From Ignavibacteriota bacterium (lineage in GTDB: Bacteria; Bacteroidota; Ignavibacteria; Kapaibacteriales; UBA2268), in NCBI GenBank assembly GCA_019637995.1, contig JAHBUQ010000002.1, positions 323,428 through 387,427 of the forward strand: 64,000 bases of DNA, read 5' to 3'. Shown here piece after piece: positions 46,818 through 57,982 of the stretch. Every line of letters starts with the position of its first letter. The stretch's first letter is position 1. The position numbers and the translations under genes were made by a program. Under the pieces are notes generated by a model. It saw nothing but the letters and a program-made list of their open reading frames with translations, was not told where the DNA came from and did no database searches.

Positions 46818-47420
46818 TCACCTGATTATCAAAAATACTACAAATAATATAAAAATAATTGCGAATGAAACAGCAATGATTCTGGAATATTTATTCAAAA
46901 ATACTTGAACTGCCGGACCAAAATAATTTATCAGTAAGGCAAGCAAAAAAAATCTTGTAGCTCGACCCACAAATGATAGAAGTAAAAATGTTGTAAAATC
47001 CATATCCGCCACCCCGCTTGCCATAGTTGCCAACGCAAATGGCAAAGGTGTGAGCGATGCAACGATTAAAGTCCATTTTGCATATTCACCTCTAAAAGTA
47101 TTAAGCATAATTTCCCAAGTCTCTTCACTGTCAAATAAAGCAACAATAGCTTTACCAAATGAAGCCATAAATTCATGACCGATATAATATGCAAATATAC
47201 CGCCCAAAACAGAGCCAATTGTTGCCCATAGAGCAAAAATAAATGCTTTTTTTGGTGCTGCTATCGAAATAGGAATCAGTGTAATATCAATAGTTACAGG
47301 GAAAAATGACGAATCTGCAAATGAATGAAGAAAAAGTGTAGTTTTGGCATATGGTTTTTGAGCGAACCTCATCAACCATGATGAAATTCGCCATTTCCAT
47401 ATTCGCAGACGTCTTAGCAT
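46818..47420 (-). CDS. YqaA/DedA (VTT-domain) membrane protein
   Basis: DSSFFPV..D..L, TIGSVLGG..AY.IG, TPLPF, GRATRF. Confidence 0.88.
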   Translation of the reverse strand: MLRRLRIWKWRISSWLMRFAQKPYAKTTLFLHSFADSSFFPVTIDITLIPISIAAPKKAFIFALWATIGSVLGGIFAYYIGHEFMASFGKAIVALFDSEETWEIMLNTFRGEYAKWTLIVASLTPLPFALATMASGVADMDFTTFLLLSFVGRATRFFLLALLINYFGPAVQVFLNKYSRIIAVSFAIIFILFVVFLIIR

Positions 47421-47456
47421 ACCAATTCTGTTTTATTGTTTGTATATGGTTAGGGA

Positions 47457-48416
47457 TTATTTGGCTTCTTCCCAAACTCCCATAGAATAGAACTTTTCTC
47501 TTCGCTTTTTAAGAAGTTTTTCAGCATTGAATTTTTTAACGGCATTAAGCTCACGGATTATTGTTTCTTTCATAATTGCAAACATTTTATCTCTATCCTT
47601 GTGTGCTCCACCGAGGGGTTCTGGAATAATTTCATCTATTACATTCAGTTTTTTCAGGTCATTTGCTGAAAGTTGAAGAGCTTCGGCTGCTTGCTCTTTG
47701 TAATCCCAGCTTCTCCAAAGTATTGAAGAGCATGATTCCGGTGAAATAACTGAATACCATGAATTTTCCAGCATAAAGATTTTATCTCCGACTCCTATTC
47801 CAATAGCACCTCCGGAAGCACCTTCTCCGATTACTATTACTAAAACAGGTACTTTCAACTGATTCATCAAAAGTAAATTTGCCGCAATAGCTTCTGCCTG
47901 ACCACGCTCTTCAGCTTCTATGCCGGGGAATGCACCGGGTGTATCAAGTAGAGTAATTATTGGCTTGCCGAATTTTTCCGCGAGTTTGAAAAGTCTTGCA
48001 GCTTTTCTGTAGCCTTCTGGATTTGACATACCAAAATTTCTGTAAACATTAGACTTAGTATCAACACCTTTTTGGTGACCAACAACCATAAAAGATTGCT
48101 TATTAATTGTTGCAAAACCGCCAATAATTGCAGGGTCATCTTTGAACTTTCGGTCGCCGTGTAATTCAGTAAATGAATCAAAACAATTTTGAATATATTC
48201 AAGTGATGATGGTCTGTCCGGATGTCTGGCAATTTGCACTCTTTGCCAACGATTAAGGTTATCATAAATATCGTGTCTTAGCTCATCAATTTTACTTTCC
48301 AAAGTATTAATTTCTTTGGAAATATCAATTCGCTGTCCCAAATCACGCATTTCAGCAATTTTTGACTCTAAATCAATAATGGGTTTTTCAAAATCAAATG
48401 TTAATTTACTTGCCAT
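47457..48416 (-). CDS. accA: Acetyl-CoA carboxylase carboxyltransferase alpha subunit
   Basis: [46 protein letters not shown]. Confidence 0.98.
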   Translation of the reverse strand: MASKLTFDFEKPIIDLESKIAEMRDLGQRIDISKEINTLESKIDELRHDIYDNLNRWQRVQIARHPDRPSSLEYIQNCFDSFTELHGDRKFKDDPAIIGGFATINKQSFMVVGHQKGVDTKSNVYRNFGMSNPEGYRKAARLFKLAEKFGKPIITLLDTPGAFPGIEAEERGQAEAIAANLLLMNQLKVPVLVIVIGEGASGGAIGIGVGDKIFMLENSWYSVISPESCSSILWRSWDYKEQAAEALQLSANDLKKLNVIDEIIPEPLGGAHKDRDKMFAIMKETIIRELNAVKKFNAEKLLKKRREKFYSMGVWEEAK

Positions 48417-48616
48417 AATAATAAATTTTTGTTAACTGAAAATTCAAATATCAAAATCAGTTTGATATACTAATGTTATAACGTAATAAACAAAACATAT
48501 TTTTTATTTAGCAATATTTTGAATTTCGTAAATATTTATTTTCATTTATTGACAATAATCAATTATATTCGTAATAATTTTTTTTGCAAATAATTAAAAT
48601 ATTATGGAGAAAATGT

Positions 48617-49132
48617 ATGAACATTAAGACATTATCAGTAACAATCGTGCTTGTTGCGATTATTTTAATAGCTTTTCCAAGTGAAAGCCATTCTCAAAGA
48701 GTAATGAAAAATTATAACGAAGCTATAACAGCCAACCCGCTGGCACTTGCTTTCGGCATATTTAATGTCAATTATGAAATGCAGGTAAGCCGTGAAAACT
48801 CACTGACTATCGGCGCTACTTATTATGGTTATCAAGGCTGGACTGGTGTTGGTTTGCAAGGTATTTACAAATGGTATCTTTTTCAGGATGCTGACAAAGC
48901 TATAAAAGGATTCGGTTTCGGTCCAAGTGCTTCGATTGGGTATATCGGCTATCGCGATGCAACTTATGCCAATAGAATGACTCTTGCGATTGGTGCTGAA
49001 GCTACTTATAAATGGATTTTTGATGATTTTGTACTTGAGCCTGTTTTTGGAATCAATTACAATGTTCTTGTTGAAGCAGGCATGGACTGGAGACCCTTTT
49101 ACTTAGGCGTCAATGTGGGATACGCATGGTAA
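48617..49132 (+). CDS. Small outer-membrane beta-barrel (DUF3575-like)
   Basis: Start set at the ATG after GGAG; signal peptide; NP.AL..G..N..YE motif; C-terminal GVNVGYAW beta-signal. Confidence 0.7.
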   Translation: MNIKTLSVTIVLVAIILIAFPSESHSQRVMKNYNEAITANPLALAFGIFNVNYEMQVSRENSLTIGATYYGYQGWTGVGLQGIYKWYLFQDADKAIKGFGFGPSASIGYIGYRDATYANRMTLAIGAEATYKWIFDDFVLEPVFGINYNVLVEAGMDWRPFYLGVNVGYAW

Positions 49133-49159
49133 TTGAGTTTGACTTATTAAGTAAATTTT

Positions 49160-49196
49160 GCCGCTTGGATAAATAGATTTTCAAGCGGCTTTTTTT
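49160..49196 (+). terminator. Intrinsic terminator
   Basis: GCCGCTTG ... CAAGCGGC followed by T7. Confidence 0.75.
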
Positions 49197-49309
49197 ATTT
49201 TTGCAAAATAATAATTGATTATTTTAATCATTTTACTAATAAGTATGGATATTAACAAAAAATTGTTTTTATTTGTGTAAATTGATAAATAAGTTTAAGG
49301 AAAAGTTAA

Positions 49310-51160
49310 ATGAAAATTTATAGAAATTATATTTACATTGCAATTATAATTGTTCTTCTGCCTTTATTGACAACTGAATCATTCGCTCAAATAAATCCCG
49401 AGCAAAGCCGGATGCGTGAAGCAGTCAAATACCTTTCTGATGACGAACTCAAAGGGAGATTCCCCGGAACTGAAGGTATAGAAAAAGCCGCTGTTTATAT
49501 CGAAAATCACTTCCGCTCAGCCGGACTTAAGAATTGGAATAATACTTTCAGGCAGGAATTTAGTGTAGCAACAGGTTTCAGCTATGGACAGGCAAGCTCT
49601 GTGGCTTTGCAAACTGTTGTTCAGCGTCCTGGAGTTCCGGTAGCAAGATTGCCGAAAGTTAAGCAGAATTGGGTTTTAAGCGAAGATTTCGTGCCACTTG
49701 GCTTCAGTGAAAATGGGCAGGTTCAGGGTGAAATTGCATTTGTTGGTTTTGGCATATCGGCTACTGAGCTTGATTACGATGATTATGCCGGAATTGATGT
49801 CAAGGACAAAATAGTAATTCTAATCTCTGAAACACCCGATAAAGAAAAGAAAGACGGTCCTTTTGCTAATTATTCTTCCTTAAGATATAAAGCAACAAAT
49901 GCAAAAAATAAGGGCGCTATTGGCATAATCATGGTTAGAATTCAGGGCGACTCGATGAATGTATTCGAAAGACCTGAATACACAAATATGGGCAAAAATT
50001 CCGGCATAATTGCAATTCAGGCATGGAGGCAGTCCTTGTCAAAATTTTTCCCAAAAAATCAGGCGCTTATCGCATCTGAAAATAAAATTGTTGCCGACCG
50101 TAAACCGCAAAGTTTTATACTTCCCAATGTTACAGTTGAAATCAATGTTGAAATAATTGATCAGAAGTCACCTGCCTACAATTTGAATGGATTTATTACA
50201 GGAACTGACCCAAAGCTTAAAGATGAATACATTCTAATTGGCGCTCACTATGACCATCTGGGATACGGAGGTCCAACATCAATGCAGCAGGGCAGACGTC
50301 CTCAAATCCATAATGGAGCAGATGATAATGCTTCTGGTGTAGCAGCGATGATTGAACTGGCTTACTATTATGCTCAGAATCCTCCTAAACGCAGCATTAT
50401 TTTCAGCTCGTTTTCCGGAGAGGAAATGGGGCTTTTAGGTTCATCTTACTTTGTAAATAATCCACCTGTTGACCTTAGCAAAATTATCACAATGATTAAT
50501 ATTGATATGGTCGGCAGGATGAATAAAAACGAGTTTACTGCATTTGGAACTGCATCCGGCAATATTTTTCCACAAATGATTGACTCACTTGATTTGATTG
50601 ATACTCTTTCAATTACTAAAGCATCTGACGCATACGGACCAAGCGACCATGCTTCATTTGTTATCAAGGACATTCCTGTTCTGATGTTTTTCACTGGCGT
50701 CCATGAAGATTATCATAAACCAAGCGACACATTCCAAAAGATTAATTTCAACGGAATGTCATGGGCTGTTAACTTTATTTCCAGAGTAGTAGAAACTCTT
50801 GGTAACTCTGATTCCAGACCAGAATTTATCAAATCCGAAATGAAAGCGCCGGAGAGAAAATCCGACAGAGAAAAAGGATATGGCGAAGTATGGTTTGGTA
50901 TTATACCCAACTTTGAAGAAAGTCCGCTCGGATGCAAAATATCAGGTGCTACTCCCGGCAGTCCGGCTTACAAAGCAGGCTTACAGCCGAACGACATAAT
51001 TGTTCAAATTGATGAAACCGAAATTAAGAATTTATATGATTTCATGTACAAAATACGCGAAAAGAAAGCCGGTGATGTTGTGAATGTACATATTCTACGC
51101 GGCGATAACTATCAGGAAAAAATAGAAGTTAAAGTAACACTTGTGCAAAAAGCTCAATGA
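49310..51160 (+). CDS. M28 peptidase with PA and C-terminal PDZ domains
   Basis: LSDDELKGR, GAHYDHLG, NGADDNASG, GEEMGLLGS, NIDMVGR, SDH, YHKPSD; PDZ FGIIP...GSPA.KAGL. Confidence 0.92.
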   Translation: MKIYRNYIYIAIIIVLLPLLTTESFAQINPEQSRMREAVKYLSDDELKGRFPGTEGIEKAAVYIENHFRSAGLKNWNNTFRQEFSVATGFSYGQASSVALQTVVQRPGVPVARLPKVKQNWVLSEDFVPLGFSENGQVQGEIAFVGFGISATELDYDDYAGIDVKDKIVILISETPDKEKKDGPFANYSSLRYKATNAKNKGAIGIIMVRIQGDSMNVFERPEYTNMGKNSGIIAIQAWRQSLSKFFPKNQALIASENKIVADRKPQSFILPNVTVEINVEIIDQKSPAYNLNGFITGTDPKLKDEYILIGAHYDHLGYGGPTSMQQGRRPQIHNGADDNASGVAAMIELAYYYAQNPPKRSIIFSSFSGEEMGLLGSSYFVNNPPVDLSKIITMINIDMVGRMNKNEFTAFGTASGNIFPQMIDSLDLIDTLSITKASDAYGPSDHASFVIKDIPVLMFFTGVHEDYHKPSDTFQKINFNGMSWAVNFISRVVETLGNSDSRPEFIKSEMKAPERKSDREKGYGEVWFGIIPNFEESPLGCKISGATPGSPAYKAGLQPNDIIVQIDETEIKNLYDFMYKIREKKAGDVVNVHILRGDNYQEKIEVKVTLVQKAQ

Positions 51161-52002
51161 TAAGTCATTTTTTTGAAATAATGAATTTATCAGGTGATTT
51201 AATCAGAGGGGATATTCGTATCCCCTCTGAAGTGGGAAAATTTCCTTTGGTTATTTTTTCCCATGGCTTCAAGGGCTTTAGAAACTGGAGTTTTATCCCG
51301 TATATCTGTGAAAAATTTGTAGAAAACAATGTAATTGCTATAAATTTCGATTATTCCCTAAATGGTATAGTGGATGATTTGAATCAAGTTTATGATGACT
51401 CAATTTTCAGGCGTAATAAAGTATCAGTTGAAGTTTCTGATTTATCGCAATTAATATCAAAAATAATTGAAAATAAATTAGATAATGATGAGCTCAAAAG
51501 CAAATTCAATGGCGAAATATATCTTGCAGGACATTCATTAGGAGGAGCGGTTTCGATTCTTACAGCTCGCAAGTTTGAGAATATTAAAAAGATTGCACTT
51601 TGGGCTTCAATTTCACAATTAGACAGAAATACAAATCGTCAAAAAGAGGCTTGGAGAGAAAATGGAAGTGTTGAAATAGAAATTGCTAAAACAGGACAGA
51701 AACTGCATCTTGATTATAGTTATATTGAAGATAAAGACACGAACTTCCCTGATAATGCAATTTTGAACGAAATGTCGAAAATATCATTGCCTGTGCTAAT
51801 AATTCATCCCGATAATGATATTACTGTCAAGATGAAAGAAGCACTCGAACTTAAATCTACTGAAAGCATTAACAAAAAACGTGATTTAATCGTCATACCA
51901 AAAGCAGGACATACTTTCAATTGCTCACATCCATTTAAAGGTCGGAATGAGGCAATTGAAACGGCAATTAAGTCCACTTTAGAATTTTTTAAGAATACGT
52001 AA
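51157..52002 (+). CDS. Alpha/beta hydrolase
   Basis: HGFKGF oxyanion motif, GHSLGG nucleophile elbow, D..V and GHTF. Confidence 0.88.
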   Translation: MISHFFEIMNLSGDLIRGDIRIPSEVGKFPLVIFSHGFKGFRNWSFIPYICEKFVENNVIAINFDYSLNGIVDDLNQVYDDSIFRRNKVSVEVSDLSQLISKIIENKLDNDELKSKFNGEIYLAGHSLGGAVSILTARKFENIKKIALWASISQLDRNTNRQKEAWRENGSVEIEIAKTGQKLHLDYSYIEDKDTNFPDNAILNEMSKISLPVLIIHPDNDITVKMKEALELKSTESINKKRDLIVIPKAGHTFNCSHPFKGRNEAIETAIKSTLEFFKNT

Positions 52003-52424
52003 TGAACAGATTACTTGTAATATTATCGTCATTTCTCATTTGCGGTTGCGAATTGGTTGTTGTTGGTACGAGAGCAGATTTTGCTACTCAAAATTATGTA
52101 GAATTCAATCAAAAATCAGCTTTAGGTGCTATATATTTGTTCAAAGCTGAGCTTGACAGCAATAATGTTCCCGCCGCTTCTCAAATGATTAAGCAGGAGG
52201 ACGGCATGGCTTATCTTGCAATCGAGAGATATGAAAAATTTTATGATATACACAGAATTAAAAGGATGATATCACTTGCTGAAATAACAGATATCAAAGC
52301 TGATACATTGTCTTCAAATCAAATGCGGTACAATCTTGAGTTTAATTTCAGAAGAAAATTATTTTTCAATGCCTTAAAAGTAGAAAATAATTGGTTTATA
52401 ACTGATATGGGGAACTATGAATAA
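52002..52424 (+). CDS. Hypothetical lipoprotein
   Basis: ICGC lipobox; translationally coupled on both sides. Confidence 0.6.
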   Translation: MNRLLVILSSFLICGCELVVVGTRADFATQNYVEFNQKSALGAIYLFKAELDSNNVPAASQMIKQEDGMAYLAIERYEKFYDIHRIKRMISLAEITDIKADTLSSNQMRYNLEFNFRRKLFFNALKVENNWFITDMGNYE

Positions 52425-53037
52425 GTTATATATGCTATTTATCCCTTTAATCATTCTTGCCGGATGTATTAATCTACGGGAGCCCTATCCTGTTATTAAT
52501 TACTATGAGCTGAAGCAGGAACCGACTCTGCTGAAGAATTTACCTGTATTGGAGCAGACTGTAATGATTAGGAGGGTATTTGTAAATGAGACTTTTGATA
52601 CGCCTCACTTCCTGATAAGTACTCCTCCAAATAATGTAGAGCGTCTATTTTATCACAGATGGATTAGCGATGTTTCGACTTTAGCTACCGACTTTGTAGC
52701 AACTAGAATAAATCAAAGCGGACTTCTGAAACACGGAGTATTGAAAAGCGGCTCGATAGCTCTGCCGGAGTATATTGTGGAGCCACACTTGATTGAAATG
52801 ACTACTTATAATGATGACAGCCCTCAGACAAGAGAATACTACGTTCAGATTGAGTTCAAAGTTGACTATCTAAAAAGACTGAACGACAATAAACTTGAGC
52901 TCTTTTTCAGCAGTAATTATAAGCAAAAGTTCGTAAGAAGGAAGTACGAAACTAAATTCATAGCAGAAGCATACAGCAGAGTTTTTTCTATGGCTGTAGA
53001 TAATATCATATCCGATTTGTCGAACATTATTAAATAA
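52417..53037 (+). CDS. PqiC/ABC-type transport auxiliary lipoprotein
   Basis: LAGC lipobox, YYEL, YHRW...P-like motif. Confidence 0.65.
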   Translation: MNKLYMLFIPLIILAGCINLREPYPVINYYELKQEPTLLKNLPVLEQTVMIRRVFVNETFDTPHFLISTPPNNVERLFYHRWISDVSTLATDFVATRINQSGLLKHGVLKSGSIALPEYIVEPHLIEMTTYNDDSPQTREYYVQIEFKVDYLKRLNDNKLELFFSSNYKQKFVRRKYETKFIAEAYSRVFSMAVDNIISDLSNIIK

Positions 53038-53048
53038 TAATTTTTTTT

Positions 53049-53807
53049 ATGGATACTAAAAACTCTATACTATTTGCAGATATAGGCAATTCAAGAATTA
53101 AACTTTTCAAGAACGGCGTCAAAACTCCGTTTCATTATAAGCATACCGGATTTGCTCTTAGTTTGTCCGATTATCTATCTCATGAGTCATTTGATAGGGT
53201 TGTTTACTCATCAGTAAATTACAATGCAGAGAATATTTTCACTACTATTGTTCGAAATAAGAAGGTTTACGATTTTGTCAACATCAAAGATTTAATAAAA
53301 GAGCAAAATATAGTTGATATTAGAGATATTATTGGAATTGGAAATGACAGGCTGTTGGGTATTGTCGGGGCTACCGTTTTCGACGAACCACCAATTATTA
53401 CGGTTGATTGCGGAACCGCTGTAACAGTTAATGTACTTGATTACAAATACAAAGTCCTGGGTGGAGCAATTTTTGCCGGTGCTTATACTCAAAAAAATAC
53501 ACTTGCATCAATATCCGAAAAACTTGGATTTCCGAAATTCGATTTTAATCCAAAAGGTGCAGGTGCAAATACTCCTTCTGCTCTTAGTTTAGGAATTATT
53601 ATTGGAGTTGCAGGAGCTATAAGAATGATTATTGAAAATATAATCGAATTTGACCATCTTGAAAATCCGTCAATTTTTATTACCGGCGGCTATGGCGGGA
53701 AAATTCAGAAGTATGTTGTAAAGCATTTCCCGGGTGCTGTATATGACGAAAATTTGATTTTCAGAGGTATGGCAAAAATTTATGATAATGTAATGTCTAA
53801 TAGTTGA
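53049..53807 (+). CDS. coaX: Type III pantothenate kinase
   Basis: DIGNSRIK, GNDR, VDCGTAVT, GGAIFAG, ITGG. Confidence 0.92.
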   Translation: MDTKNSILFADIGNSRIKLFKNGVKTPFHYKHTGFALSLSDYLSHESFDRVVYSSVNYNAENIFTTIVRNKKVYDFVNIKDLIKEQNIVDIRDIIGIGNDRLLGIVGATVFDEPPIITVDCGTAVTVNVLDYKYKVLGGAIFAGAYTQKNTLASISEKLGFPKFDFNPKGAGANTPSALSLGIIIGVAGAIRMIIENIIEFDHLENPSIFITGGYGGKIQKYVVKHFPGAVYDENLIFRGMAKIYDNVMSNS

Positions 53808-53889
53808 TATTTATTTGATTCAATTTTTAAAATTTAAATTTTTGCATATATTTATAAATTGATTAATTATTATTACGTCTCTGAATGCA

Positions 53890-55908
53890 ATGATAAAATG
53901 TAATTGTAATATGAAGCAAATAATAATATTCCTTTTAGTGTTAAGCACATTCGAAGCAAATTCCAATACAGTCTATTGGGCTGATAAGCTGGTAGGCTAT
54001 TCATCGCAAACCGGCAATAAAGAATATTCGGCATTTCAGGTTTTGGGCAAACCAAGCATAATGCCGTATCAGGGACTTAGTGCCAGTGCCTGGATGCCAA
54101 AATTCCCTACTGACAGAATTGAATGGATACGTGTCAAATTTCCTGAAAAAATATTCGCAGAACAAATTATAATAAATGAAAATTTAAATCCCGGAGCAAT
54201 TGTAAAAATAATTCTTTACGACTCACTGAATCAAGGTCATCTCGTATTTTCTAATCACCATGTCAGAAATCAGCTTCGTGAAGGCAGACTTAGCAAGTTC
54301 AATATTGACAGAACAGCTTTCCGAACCGATGAAATCAAAATTGAAGTTAACGTCATTGAATATTATGATAAATATCAAATTGAAGCAATTGGCATTGCTG
54401 ATTATCACAGCGATTACGAAATCACAATCAATACTATTGAAGACAGCGTAACTTATGAGAAGGAACGCCTGAGCGACAAAGTAAATAGTCCATATTCGGA
54501 ACTTGCTCCAATTATTTCTCAGGATGGCAGAACACTTGTTTTTACCCGCGAAGGTCATCCCGGAAATATTGGCGAAAAGAAAAGACAAGATGTATGGATT
54601 TCACGCCTTGACAGCACCGGAAATTTTTCAGAAGCCGAAAATCTCGGCGAGCCTGTAAATAATGAAAATGCAAATTTTGCAATTTCTATTTCTACTGATG
54701 CAAATTCAATTTTTCTCGGGAATATTTATCTTCCTGATGGCACTTTGAAGGCAGGTTTCTCTGTTTCTAATTTTGATGGATACAGATGGTCATATCCTGA
54801 TTCTATAATAATAAATGATTACTATAACTTATATCCTAAATCAAGCTTCTGTCTTGCAAATAACAGCAAAATTCTCATTACAGCAATCAAACAAGATGAC
54901 AGCTATGGAAAAACCGATTTGCATGTCAGTTTCCTCGAAGATGATTCTGTGTGGAGTAAGCCTAAAAATTTAGGCCCTCTAATCAATACTTCAGAAGAAG
55001 AACTTTCGCCATACCTCGCAAGTGATAATAAAACCCTTTATTTTTCTACTTCAGGAAGACCTGGATACGGCAACTGCGACATGTATGTCTCCCGCAGACT
55101 TGATGATAGCTGGACAAACTGGACCGAGCCGGTAAATCTTGGTCCGCAGATTAATACTTCCGGATGGGATGCTTATTATACTGTAACAAGCGATGGACAG
55201 TATGCGTACTTTGTCTCATCACATAATTCTGAAACTGCTGAGGATATCTATCGTGTAAGGCTGCCTCAGTCTGCCAAACCCGATATCGTAGTATTGATTA
55301 AGGGAAAAGTATTAAATCAAAAGACCAATCAGCCGCTTTCTGCTGATATTCGTTATGAAATTCTTCCCGATGGAAAAGAAGCCGGAATGGCACGTTCAAA
55401 CCCACTGACAGGTGAATACAGCATAATACTTCCTGCCGGAAATATCTACGGTTTTTTGGGTAGGTCGAAGGGATTTGCCTCAGTTAATCAAAACATTGAC
55501 CTAAAAAATATTAAGCAGTATAATGAATTGAGAAGAGATTTATACCTTGTGCCTATAGAAGAAGGACAAATTGTAAGAATAAATAATATTTTCTTTAACT
55601 TTGCTGAATCTGAGCTTCTACCTGAGTCATATTCTGAGCTTTATCGTCTTGTTGATTTACTCAATCAAAACCCCGATATGAAAATTCAACTTAATGGACA
55701 TACTGACAATGTCGGCAAAAGTAATTTCAATAAGACCTTATCGTTAAAGCGTGCTGAAGCTGTTGCTGATTTTCTTCAAGGATATAACATCAGTATGAGT
55801 AGAATCAAAATTCAAGGATTCGGTAGCACAAAACCAATTGATAATAATACTACCGATGAAGGCAGAGCTCAAAACCGACGCGTTGAATTTGTCATACTTG
55901 AAAAATAA
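53890..55908 (+). CDS. OmpA-family protein: N-terminal beta-sandwich, PD40 propeller, C-terminal OmpA domain (PorE-like layout)
   Basis: PD40 repeats (ELAPIISQDG, ELSPYLASD, NLGPQINT); NNIFFNF, GHTDNVG, LSLKRA, NRRVEF. Confidence 0.85.
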   Translation: MIKCNCNMKQIIIFLLVLSTFEANSNTVYWADKLVGYSSQTGNKEYSAFQVLGKPSIMPYQGLSASAWMPKFPTDRIEWIRVKFPEKIFAEQIIINENLNPGAIVKIILYDSLNQGHLVFSNHHVRNQLREGRLSKFNIDRTAFRTDEIKIEVNVIEYYDKYQIEAIGIADYHSDYEITINTIEDSVTYEKERLSDKVNSPYSELAPIISQDGRTLVFTREGHPGNIGEKKRQDVWISRLDSTGNFSEAENLGEPVNNENANFAISISTDANSIFLGNIYLPDGTLKAGFSVSNFDGYRWSYPDSIIINDYYNLYPKSSFCLANNSKILITAIKQDDSYGKTDLHVSFLEDDSVWSKPKNLGPLINTSEEELSPYLASDNKTLYFSTSGRPGYGNCDMYVSRRLDDSWTNWTEPVNLGPQINTSGWDAYYTVTSDGQYAYFVSSHNSETAEDIYRVRLPQSAKPDIVVLIKGKVLNQKTNQPLSADIRYEILPDGKEAGMARSNPLTGEYSIILPAGNIYGFLGRSKGFASVNQNIDLKNIKQYNELRRDLYLVPIEEGQIVRINNIFFNFAESELLPESYSELYRLVDLLNQNPDMKIQLNGHTDNVGKSNFNKTLSLKRAEAVADFLQGYNISMSRIKIQGFGSTKPIDNNTTDEGRAQNRRVEFVILEK

Positions 55909-55909
55909 T

Positions 55910-56611
55910 CTACAAACTTCCTGCTTGTGGTGTGATGATTACTTCCTCAATCATAAGCCGGGGATTTAGTGATAACTTTATGTTTTCAAAAATTATTTCA
56001 GCAATTTCTTCCGGTAGCATCATTTTGCTGCCATAAGAAGCAGCGAAATCTTTATCCCAAATATCAGTCAGTGTAGCGCCGGGTAGAAAGTCTAAAATTT
56101 TGATTCCTTTTCCACGAACTTCCTTTCGAAGTGAACGTGAAAATGAAAGAAGTCCCGCTTTTGTAGCATTATATACGCTGCAATCTGCAAAATTTTCTAT
56201 TGCTGCTATTGAAGAAATGTTAACAATTATTCCAAATTGATTTTTTAGCATATCTCCTAATAAATTATGAGTAAGTGAAATAGCTGATGATAAATTCAAA
56301 TTTACCATATTGTAATTACTTTCAGAATTAGAACTTGCAAAATTACAAAAATCAGCCAAACCGGCGTTATTTACAAGCATATTTAATTCATACCGGCTTT
56401 TAATTTCATCAATTACAGCTTTTGTCCTGCTAAAATTTGTAATATCGCAACTGATATGAGTAAAATTTTGATGGAATGCCGCAAATTCACTCCGACCTAA
56501 TGAAAACACTCTCGCACCGGCATTTAACAATGATTTTGCAACGGCAAGCCCAATTCCTTTATTTCCGCCACTTATCACAGCATTAATTTCGTTAAAAGAT
56601 TTTTTATTCAT
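55910..56611 (-). CDS. Short-chain dehydrogenase/reductase
   Basis: SGGNKGIG, VNNAG, NISS, YNATK. Confidence 0.92.
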   Translation of the reverse strand: MNKKSFNEINAVISGGNKGIGLAVAKSLLNAGARVFSLGRSEFAAFHQNFTHISCDITNFSRTKAVIDEIKSRYELNMLVNNAGLADFCNFASSNSESNYNMVNLNLSSAISLTHNLLGDMLKNQFGIIVNISSIAAIENFADCSVYNATKAGLLSFSRSLRKEVRGKGIKILDFLPGATLTDIWDKDFAASYGSKMMLPEEIAEIIFENIKLSLNPRLMIEEVIITPQAGSL

Positions 56612-56676
56612 TTAATTTTGTATTATGACTAACAAGTATTATTTTTAAAAAAATAAATTTACAAAAATCGTGAAGT

Positions 56677-57963
56677 ATGAGTGAAAATATTATTTCAATA
56701 GATAGTGTTTTATATGATTTATTCGCAAAGCAACGATTTGGAATTAAGCCCGGGCTTGAGCGAACTCTTGCACTTTGCAATTCGCAGAATAGTCCTCAGA
56801 ATAAATTTCGAAGTATTCATATAGCCGGAACAAACGGAAAAGGTTCGGTATGCTCGTCAATTGCCGCAATTTTGATGGATGCCGGCTATAAAACAGGGCT
56901 TTATACATCACCACATCTGCTTGATTTTAACGAAAGAATCAGAATAAATGACACACTTATCAGCAATAGTGAAATTGTTGAATATTACCACAAACTTAAG
57001 GGCACTGCTGAAATAATTGGAGCCACTTTCTTTGAGATTACTACTGTAATGGCATTTATGCATTTTGCTGAGAAAGCTGTTGATATAGCTGTAATAGAAA
57101 CCGGAATGGGTGGAAGATTTGACTCTACGAATGTAGTATATCCACTTGTATCGGTAATTACGAAAATTGATTTAGACCATCAGGAATATTTAGGAGATAC
57201 TATTGAAAAAATTGCTAAAGAAAAAGCCGGTATAATCAAACCGGGCATACCCTGCGTACTTGCACGCAATAACGATAGAGTTAATAATGTCGTAAATCGG
57301 CATTGTCCGGAAAGCGTATTGATTGAGGCAGACAAATATATTCAAATTAAAAATATCATAAGCAAAAATATTCTTGTATCAAATTTTTCTGTAAAATACC
57401 CCGATGGAAAATTACTTGAGACAGACTTTGGTTTAAGCGGAAAGGCGCAGAAAGACAACTTGAAAACCGTGCTTTCGGCAATTGATATTATCAGACAAAA
57501 TTACAAAATCAATGATTTAAATATTCAAAACGGATTAAAAAATGTAAGGTCGCTAGCAGGATTAAAAGCAAGAATTGATGTACTGTCAAATAGTCCGTTG
57601 ATAATACTTGACGGGTCTCATAATGACAATAGCATTGAGAATTTATTTAATACTTTGGAGCAGTATTTTCCTGATAAAAAGTGGAATATTATTTGCAATT
57701 TTATGGCAGATAAAAATTTTGAAATATTAAATCAATACTTGAAGAAATATGCTTTATCGGTTCATATTCCTGATTTGAAAATACAAAGAGCGATGAAATC
57801 TTATGACCTTGCAAATAAATTCAAATCATTTGGAATAAGTAATATCAAAACTTATACTGATGTAAATAATGCATTAACAGCAACCGCTGATTTAGATAAC
57901 ATCCTGATTTTCGGCTCATTCTATCTTGTCGGTGAAGTCCTCGAAAATATAAATATAAATTAA
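56677..57963 (+). CDS. folC: Folylpolyglutamate synthase / dihydrofolate synthase
   Basis: HIAGTNGKGS, YTSPHL, TFFE, ETGMGGRFDSTN, LDHQEYLG, EKAGI, DGSHN, GSFYLVG. Confidence 0.96.
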   Translation: MSENIISIDSVLYDLFAKQRFGIKPGLERTLALCNSQNSPQNKFRSIHIAGTNGKGSVCSSIAAILMDAGYKTGLYTSPHLLDFNERIRINDTLISNSEIVEYYHKLKGTAEIIGATFFEITTVMAFMHFAEKAVDIAVIETGMGGRFDSTNVVYPLVSVITKIDLDHQEYLGDTIEKIAKEKAGIIKPGIPCVLARNNDRVNNVVNRHCPESVLIEADKYIQIKNIISKNILVSNFSVKYPDGKLLETDFGLSGKAQKDNLKTVLSAIDIIRQNYKINDLNIQNGLKNVRSLAGLKARIDVLSNSPLIILDGSHNDNSIENLFNTLEQYFPDKKWNIICNFMADKNFEILNQYLKKYALSVHIPDLKIQRAMKSYDLANKFKSFGISNIKTYTDVNNALTATADLDNILIFGSFYLVGEVLENININ

Positions 57964-57982
57964 CAAATAAAGGGAATAAATT

